Of a DNA stretch of 64,000 nucleotides, positions 58,656-64,000 are shown one piece after another. Positions within the stretch are counted from its first letter, which is position 1, and each line of letters starts with the position of its first letter. The stretch spans positions 11,504-75,503 of the forward strand of contig JAIPCJ010000001.1 of assembly GCA_021738245.1 (NCBI GenBank), written 5' to 3'. A program made the position numbers and the translations under genes. Source of the DNA: Methylotenera sp. Its GTDB lineage: Bacteria; Pseudomonadota; Gammaproteobacteria; Burkholderiales; Burkholderiaceae_C. The notes under the pieces are model-generated. The model searched no databases. It worked only from the letters and a program-made list of their open reading frames with translations, and was not told the origin of the DNA.

Positions 58656-59618
58656 TCATGGCAGCGCCTGCCCGCGTGCCGTCACGTAGAGCCGGTACCA
58701 CTCGTCCCGGCTGAGCGTGAGGCGCGCCGCGTCGGCACAGGCGCGGATGCGATCGGCGTTGCCGGTGCCGATGACCGGCTGGATGCCGGCCGGGTGGCGC
58801 AGCAGCCAGGCCAGCAGCACCGCATTGGGCGTGGTGCGATGGGCTTCGGCGATCTCGTGCACGGCTTGGGCGGCGGGCGATGCCCCACGGTCGTTGAAGC
58901 GGCCTTGGGCGAGCGACCCCCAGGCCTGCAGCTGCACGCCGTGCTGCTGGGCGTACTCCAGCGCGCCGGCCCAGGCGGCGGCGCCTGGGCGCGAGAGCGC
59001 CTGCGGGTCATTGAAGGTGGTGCCAGCGTCGAAGGCGTCGAGCTTGGCCAGGCTCAGCTCCAGCTGGTTCACGACCAGCGGCTCGCCCAGGGCCGACTGC
59101 AGCCAGCGCATCTGGCCCGCGTGCATGTTGGACACGCCCAGGTGGCTGACCTTGCCCGCCGCCTTGAGCCGCCCGAAAGCATGCGCGATCTCGGCGGGCT
59201 CCATCAGCGCGTCGGGGCGATGCAGCAGCAGGATGTCCAGCCGCTCCACGCCCAGGCGTTGCAGGCTGCCGTTGACGCTCGCCTCGATCCAGTCGGCGCT
59301 CAGGTCGAAGCGTCCGACGTGCTGGTCGTCGGCAAAGCGGATGCCGCATTTGCTTTGCAGCCGCATGCGGCCACGCAGCGCCGGGTTGCGGCGCAGCACC
59401 TCGCCGAAGACGGCCTCGGCCTTGCCGCGGCGGTAGATGTCGGCGTGGTCGAACAGCGTGATGCCGATGTCCAGTGCGGCGTCGATGGCGGCATGGGCCT
59501 GGGCGATGTCGGCCTCGGTGACGGGGCCGCCGTTCCAGTCGCCGCCGAGGGCCATGCAGCCATAGACGAGCGGGCTGGCGTCAGTGAAATGGGTGCGCAG
59601 GGGCAGGGCGGAAGGCAT
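58656..59618 (-). CDS. aldo/keto reductase (YdhF-like)
   Basis: YGCM, FDHADIY, SKCGIR, LLLHRPD, GVSN, NQLELS and WLLRHP motifs. Confidence 0.92.
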   Translation of the reverse strand: MPSALPLRTHFTDASPLVYGCMALGGDWNGGPVTEADIAQAHAAIDAALDIGITLFDHADIYRRGKAEAVFGEVLRRNPALRGRMRLQSKCGIRFADDQHVGRFDLSADWIEASVNGSLQRLGVERLDILLLHRPDALMEPAEIAHAFGRLKAAGKVSHLGVSNMHAGQMRWLQSALGEPLVVNQLELSLAKLDAFDAGTTFNDPQALSRPGAAAWAGALEYAQQHGVQLQAWGSLAQGRFNDRGASPAAQAVHEIAEAHRTTPNAVLLAWLLRHPAGIQPVIGTGNADRIRACADAARLTLSRDEWYRLYVTARGQALP

Positions 59619-59630
59619 CGTGGGCGAGGT

Positions 59631-60392
59631 TCAGGCGATGGAGGTGGGGCCGGAGTCCGGCGCGAAACCGCGCGAGCCCCGGTGTTGAAAAAGCGCGGCG
59701 AACACAGCCGACGCCAGCGCGGCCAGCCCGCCGATGCGGGACAGCAGGCGCTGGCGCTGCTGGCGCATCAGCATGGCCTTGCGGGCCGGTTGGTGGCGCA
59801 GCTCCAGGCGGCGGGCGATCTCCTGCTGGCGAGTGTCGAGGATGCGGGCCAGGGTGCTGCCGTCGGCCAGCTGGCGCGCCAGGTCCCGCACGGGCCCGAG
59901 CTCGCGTTGCTGCACGCGCAGGCCCGGCGCCTTCAACGGGCTGCCCAGCAGGCGGGCACGCAGGAAGAGCGCCTTGGCCGCCAGGCGGTCGGGTTGGCAA
60001 CCCCAGCCGGCGTCCAGGCAGCTGGCGAGATTGAAGGTGGCATCGGCGTGGCCACGGGCGGCGGCCGCCTGGTAGAGGGCTACGCCGCGCGGGGCATCGG
60101 GCTCACCGCCCCAGCCCGACACGAGGGCGCGGCCGAGATGAAACTGGGCCAGCAGGCTGCCCTGCGCCGCTGCCACTTCCAGCTCGGCGCGGGCCTGCGT
60201 CACGTCGCGCGGCAGGCCCAGGCCTTCGAGCCGGCAGAAGGCCAGCAGCGCCCGGCCCTCGTTGTCGCCGGCCTCGGCGGCCTGCATGAACCAGTACACG
60301 GCCTGCTCATGGTCGGGCTCCCGCGCATTGAAGTGCAGCAGGCCTTGGCTCAAGGGGTCGAGGGTGTCGGGTTCGCGGTCGGCGGGGCGCAT
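59631..60392 (-). CDS. Sel1/TPR-repeat protein
   Basis: AVYWFMQAAEAG, AAAQG..AQFHLG and AAARGHADATFNLA Sel1 repeats; GGAGG RBS. Confidence 0.8.
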   Translation of the reverse strand: MRPADREPDTLDPLSQGLLHFNAREPDHEQAVYWFMQAAEAGDNEGRALLAFCRLEGLGLPRDVTQARAELEVAAAQGSLLAQFHLGRALVSGWGGEPDAPRGVALYQAAAARGHADATFNLASCLDAGWGCQPDRLAAKALFLRARLLGSPLKAPGLRVQQRELGPVRDLARQLADGSTLARILDTRQQEIARRLELRHQPARKAMLMRQQRQRLLSRIGGLAALASAVFAALFQHRGSRGFAPDSGPTSIA

Positions 60393-60519
60393 GGTTCCTC
60401 CCGGGCCCGGGCGCATGGGCCCGGCGTTTGGCGGCGAAGTATGCGTGCAATCTGCGCCAGGCCGGCACAGGGGTGGCGCGGGCGTTAGAGTGCGCCCCAC
60501 GTCACAAGGAGGGCCGCCG

Positions 60520-60849
60520 ATGGCCGAGATCCGCATTCACCGAGAACATGCCCTGGGCCTCAAGAAGGCCCGCGAAATCGCCTGGCAATGGGCGGAGCAG
60601 GTCGAAGAGAAGTTCGACATGGACTGCACCGTCGTCGAGGGCGACGACGAAGACACGGTCGAGTTCACGCGCTCCGGCGTGAAGGGCGTGCTGACGGTGG
60701 CCGCCGACCACTTCGAGCTGGTGGCCCAACTGGGCTTCCTGCTCGGCGCCTTCAAGGCCACCATCGAGACCGAGATCCAGAAGGAACTCGACACCCTGCT
60801 GGCCGACAGCGGCAAGAAGAAGGCGCCTGCCAAGAAGAAGGCGGGCTGA
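60520..60849 (+). CDS. polyhydroxyalkanoic acid system protein (PHA granule region family)
   Basis: IRIHREHALG..AREIA, FTRSGVKG and LGFLLGAFK..IETEI pattern; AGGAGG RBS. Confidence 0.82.
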   Translation: MAEIRIHREHALGLKKAREIAWQWAEQVEEKFDMDCTVVEGDDEDTVEFTRSGVKGVLTVAADHFELVAQLGFLLGAFKATIETEIQKELDTLLADSGKKKAPAKKKAG

Positions 60850-60967
60850 TCCGCGCGTAGGTCTCGCGCCCGGTCTGGCGTCTACTCAGCAGCCGCCGCG
60901 GAACTGGCTTTGCCAGGCCGCCAGCGGCGCCCCCTTGAGGGGGCCGGCGAAGCCGGTAGGGGGTGGG

Positions 60968-61219
60968 TTACTTCAGCGATTCGATGAGGTCGATGTACTG
61001 CTGCATCGCCTCGTCCTGCGACGTGCCCTTGAGCTCGTTCCAGGCGTCCCACTTCGCGCGGCCGACCATGTCGGTGAAGCCGGGGCGCTTGCCGTCCACA
61101 TCGCCGCTGCTGCCCTGCTTGTACAGGGCGTAGATCTTCAGCAGCGTCATGTTGTCCGGCCGCTCGGGCAGGTTCTTGGAGTCGGCGACGGCGGCTTCGA
61201 ATTGGTCTTTCAGGCTCAC
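60968..61219 (-). CDS. acyl-CoA-binding protein (ACBP)
   Basis: FEAAV, LLKIYALYKQG, KRPG, AKWDAW and AMQQYIDL motifs. Confidence 0.93.
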   Translation of the reverse strand: MSLKDQFEAAVADSKNLPERPDNMTLLKIYALYKQGSSGDVDGKRPGFTDMVGRAKWDAWNELKGTSQDEAMQQYIDLIESLK

Positions 61220-61318
61220 GGGGTTCTCCAGGCTGATCGGGGGGCGCGAATCTCATGACAATCGCGCCACGGGTCGCACGAGTTTAGGCCCGCCCAACAA
61301 CGATTCGGAGGAGACGCC

Positions 61319-62758
61319 GTGGCCCCGTTGAGCGAACGCATGTCCAAGGTGGACACGGCCTGGCTGCGCATGGACACCGAGGCCAACCTGATGATGATCG
61401 TCGGGGTGTGGTCCATCCGCCCGGGCATCACGCTGGCCGCGCTGCGCGAGCGCGTGGCCGAGCGGCTGCTGCAATACCCGCGCTTTCGCCAGAAGGTGGT
61501 GGAGGACGCGCTCACCGGCGCGCAGTGGGTGATCGACAAGGACTTCGACATCGCCCGCCACGTGGTGGCCGAGGTGCCGTTGCCACTGCGCGGGCAAAGC
61601 CGCGACGAGGTGCTGCGCGAGCGCGTGGGCGAACTGTGCTCGCAGCCGCTGGACCCGGCACATCCCCTGTGGCAGTTCCAGCTCATCGAGGACATGGGCG
61701 ACGGCAGCAGCGCACTCATCGCCCGCATCCACCACTGCATCGCCGACGGCATCGCGCTGATCGCGGTCATGCTGTCCATCACCGATGGCGGCAAGGCCCC
61801 GCCGCAGCGCAAGACGCGCGAGCCCGAGCCGCATCACGAGACCGACTGGCTGCTCGACGCCTTCCTGCGCCCCATGACCAACATGACCGTCAAGGCCATC
61901 GGCATGACCGGCAAGGGCATGGCCAAGGGCGTGGACCTCGCCCTGCACGGCACGACACCCATGGACTCGTCGCTGGAGATGGCCCGCATGGGCTACCAGG
62001 CGGTGTCCGATGTGGCGGCCTTCGCGCTGATGCCCGATGACTCGCACACGCGGCTCAAGGGCAAGCCCGGCGCGCGCAAGACCGTGGCCTGGGACGATCG
62101 CCTGGCGCTGGACGAGGTCAAGGCCGTGGGCAAGGCGCTCGGCGCCTCCATCAACGATGTGCTGCTGGCCTGCGCGGCCGGGGCCATCGGCCAATACCTG
62201 GCCGACCGTGGCGAAGATCCGGCCGGCAAGGAGATCCGGGCCATGGTGCCGGTCAACCTGCGGCCACTGGAGCAGGCCTGGCAGCTCGGCAACCGCTTCG
62301 GCCTGGTGCCGCTGGTGCTGCCCATCGGCATCGCCAACCCGGTGGAACGGCTGTTCGCGGTGCGGGCGCGCATGAACGAGCTCAAGGGCAGCTTCCAGCC
62401 GGTCATGGCCTTCGGGCTGCTGTCGGTGGCCGGGCTGCTGATCAAGCCGGTGCAGCACGCCATGCTGAACGTCTTCGCCAAGAAGGCCACGGCCGTGATG
62501 ACCAATGTGCCGGGGCCCGCCGAGGCGCTGAAGTTCTGCGGCTCGACGGTCGAGCAGGTCATGTTCTGGGTCCCGCAGTCCGGCGACATCGGCGTGGGCG
62601 TCAGCATCCTGACCTACGCCGGCCGCGTGCAGTTCGGCCTCATCACCGACACCGGCCTGTGCCCCGACCCCGAGGCCATCGTGGCCAACTTCGCGCCGGA
62701 GTTCGAGAAGCTGTTGCTGCTGTCGCTGATGTTGCCCTGGGGGCAGGACGGGGCTTGA
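61319..62758 (+). CDS. wax ester synthase / diacylglycerol acyltransferase (WS/DGAT)
   Basis: DTAWLRMD, PLWQF, catalytic HHCIADG, INDVLL, VPVNLR, TNVPGP and SILTYAG motifs. Confidence 0.93.
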   Translation: MAPLSERMSKVDTAWLRMDTEANLMMIVGVWSIRPGITLAALRERVAERLLQYPRFRQKVVEDALTGAQWVIDKDFDIARHVVAEVPLPLRGQSRDEVLRERVGELCSQPLDPAHPLWQFQLIEDMGDGSSALIARIHHCIADGIALIAVMLSITDGGKAPPQRKTREPEPHHETDWLLDAFLRPMTNMTVKAIGMTGKGMAKGVDLALHGTTPMDSSLEMARMGYQAVSDVAAFALMPDDSHTRLKGKPGARKTVAWDDRLALDEVKAVGKALGASINDVLLACAAGAIGQYLADRGEDPAGKEIRAMVPVNLRPLEQAWQLGNRFGLVPLVLPIGIANPVERLFAVRARMNELKGSFQPVMAFGLLSVAGLLIKPVQHAMLNVFAKKATAVMTNVPGPAEALKFCGSTVEQVMFWVPQSGDIGVGVSILTYAGRVQFGLITDTGLCPDPEAIVANFAPEFEKLLLLSLMLPWGQDGA

Positions 62759-62824
62759 GGCCGAAGTGGGTGGGGACGGGTGGGCGGCTGCGGTAGCAAA
62801 GGGTTGGACGGGGGGCGGCTGGAT

Positions 62825-62942
62825 TGGCTGCTTTGGGCGGGTCTCGGTCGTTCGACCATGGACGCCGAATGACTGCTGCTGTCAGAAGCGGTCGACCGAC
62901 TTGGCGCCGCCTGGCTGGCGGCTTCGCCCTTGGAACCGGTCG
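62825..62942 (+). repeat. three degenerate direct-repeat units with about 45-bp period
   Basis: TGGCTGCTTTGGGCGGGTCTCGGTCG (62825), TGACTGCTGCTGTCAGAAGCGGTCG (62870) and TGGCGGCTTCGCCCTTGGAACCGGTCG (62916). Confidence 0.5.
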
Positions 62943-63415
62943 CCGGGCCTGACGCTTACATGCGAACGGGTCCAGTGCTTGCTATGGCGTCACGCGGGCG
63001 TCGCAGATCGACCCGTTGCGGTCCCCCGATCCATCGAACTCGCCGCCTGAAAGCCGTCGTTCCGTATGCGTCTGGCAAGGTCATCTTGAACCGGCTGGCG
63101 CCTGCGACAAGGAGGCTGTCCACGTAACGTCGGTGGACGCTGAACAGCCCGGCGCTGCAGGATCGGCCTCGTCGCGTCACCAGCAGCCGTCCCCAGTCGA
63201 AGCGCGCATCGCAGCACGCCTGGCACACCGCCAGCACGAGCAGGCGACGGCCGGTTACCGGCAGGCATCTGCCACACACGTCGCCACGGCAACAAGATTC
63301 CTCGCCCGCGCAACCAGCGCCGCCGCACGCCGTTACGGCGCCCCCGCTGACAACCGCGGCGCCGTCGGGTGCCTAGAGTGGTGGGCAACCGATTCACACG
63401 CAAGGGGACTCCGCC

Positions 63416-64000
63416 ATGCATGCCTTGTTCGTCACCACCAGTGCCAGCCAGCTGGCGCCCGACCACCCCACCGGACTGTGGCTGGAGGAGTTCGCCGTGC
63501 CTTACATGGCCGTGACGGCGGCCGGCATCGCGGTCACCGTGGCGTCACCCCGCGGCGGCGCCGTGCCGCTGGACCCCAAGACCGCGCCGGATGACGAGCA
63601 GCGCCAGCGCTGGCAGCCCGCGCTGCAAGCGCTGCAGCACAGCGTGCCGCTGGCTGACGTGGCGGCGCAGAACTTCGATGCGCTGTTCCTCCCCGGCGGC
63701 CACGGTCCGATGGTGGACCTGGCGCATGACGCCACGCTGCACGCGCTGATCGCCCGCCACGACGCCGACGGCAAGCTCATTGCCGCGGTGTGCCACGGCC
63801 CCGCGGGGCTGATCAATGCGCGGCGCGCCAACGGCCAGCCCTTCCTGCAGGGCCGGCGCGTGACGGGCTTCACCAACGCGGAGGAGTTCCTGGCGCGGCT
63901 GAAGGACGTGGTGCCCTTCCTGCTGGAGGACGAGATGAAGGCGCGGGGCGCCGACTTCCATTCCGCGCTGCTGCCGCTGCTCAGCCATGTCGAGGAGGAC
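63416..64000 (+). CDS. DJ-1/PfpI family (type 1 glutamine amidotransferase-like) protein, truncated by the window end
   Basis: Not in the ORF track because it has no stop in the window. Translated by hand: MHALFVTTSA..TGLWLEEFAVPY, FLPGGHGPMVDL, AAVCHGPAGL, VTGFTNAEE. Confidence 0.9.
   Translation, partial: MHALFVTTSASQLAPDHPTGLWLEEFAVPYMAVTAAGIAVTVASPRGGAVPLDPKTAPDDEQRQRWQPALQALQHSVPLADVAAQNFDALFLPGGHGPMVDLAHDATLHALIARHDADGKLIAAVCHGPAGLINARRANGQPFLQGRRVTGFTNAEEFLARLKDVVPFLLEDEMKARGADFHSALLPLLSHVEED

Noticed and set aside
62930-63594. ORFs 62990-63466 (-), 63016-63594 (+) and 62956-63279 (-)
   Set aside because: No motifs or codon bias; the real gene is the DJ-1/PfpI frame starting at 63416.

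Overview
High-GC betaproteobacterial chromosome segment; gene content and style suggest Burkholderiales of the Roseateles/Pelomonas/Rubrivivax type (inference). Polysaccharide utilisation dominates. (1) 0.36-25.5 kb: a divergent xylose/xyloglucan-type locus. Leftward: ROK XylR, xylB, xylA, TonB-dependent receptor, GH35-like, GH95, SGNH esterase, GH1, GPH MFS transporter, GH39. Rightward: Trp-halogenase-like enzyme, GH31 yicI, GH9, AmpG-like MFS, CE4. (2) 25.5-27.8 kb: an EF-G paralogue preceded by a leader peptide, alternative hairpins, an intrinsic terminator and a 35-codon ORF. It looks like a ribosome-stalling attenuator, and the protein carries Gln at the fusidic-acid contact His. (3) 27.9-48.5 kb: a LacI-controlled beta-glucan locus with five TG(A/G)AAGCGCTTTCA operators (TBDR, halogenase, SapC, cupin/JmjC, halogenase; GH16-CBM6; ABC transporter, GH1, GH16 lipoprotein), with two tandem GH18 chitinases embedded in it. 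(4) 48.6-64 kb: EAL protein, TonB-C protein, orphan sugar SBP plus MsmK ATPase with a divergent two-component system, Mo-oxidoreductase, aminopeptidase, GNAT, AKR, Sel1, a lipid-storage trio (PHA-region protein, ACBP, WS/DGAT) and a partial DJ-1/PfpI gene. Several non-autonomous palindromic repeats are present, one of which supplies the signal peptide of an esterase. No rRNA, tRNA, CRISPR or transposase was seen. All product calls come from recognising motifs by eye, not from database searches.
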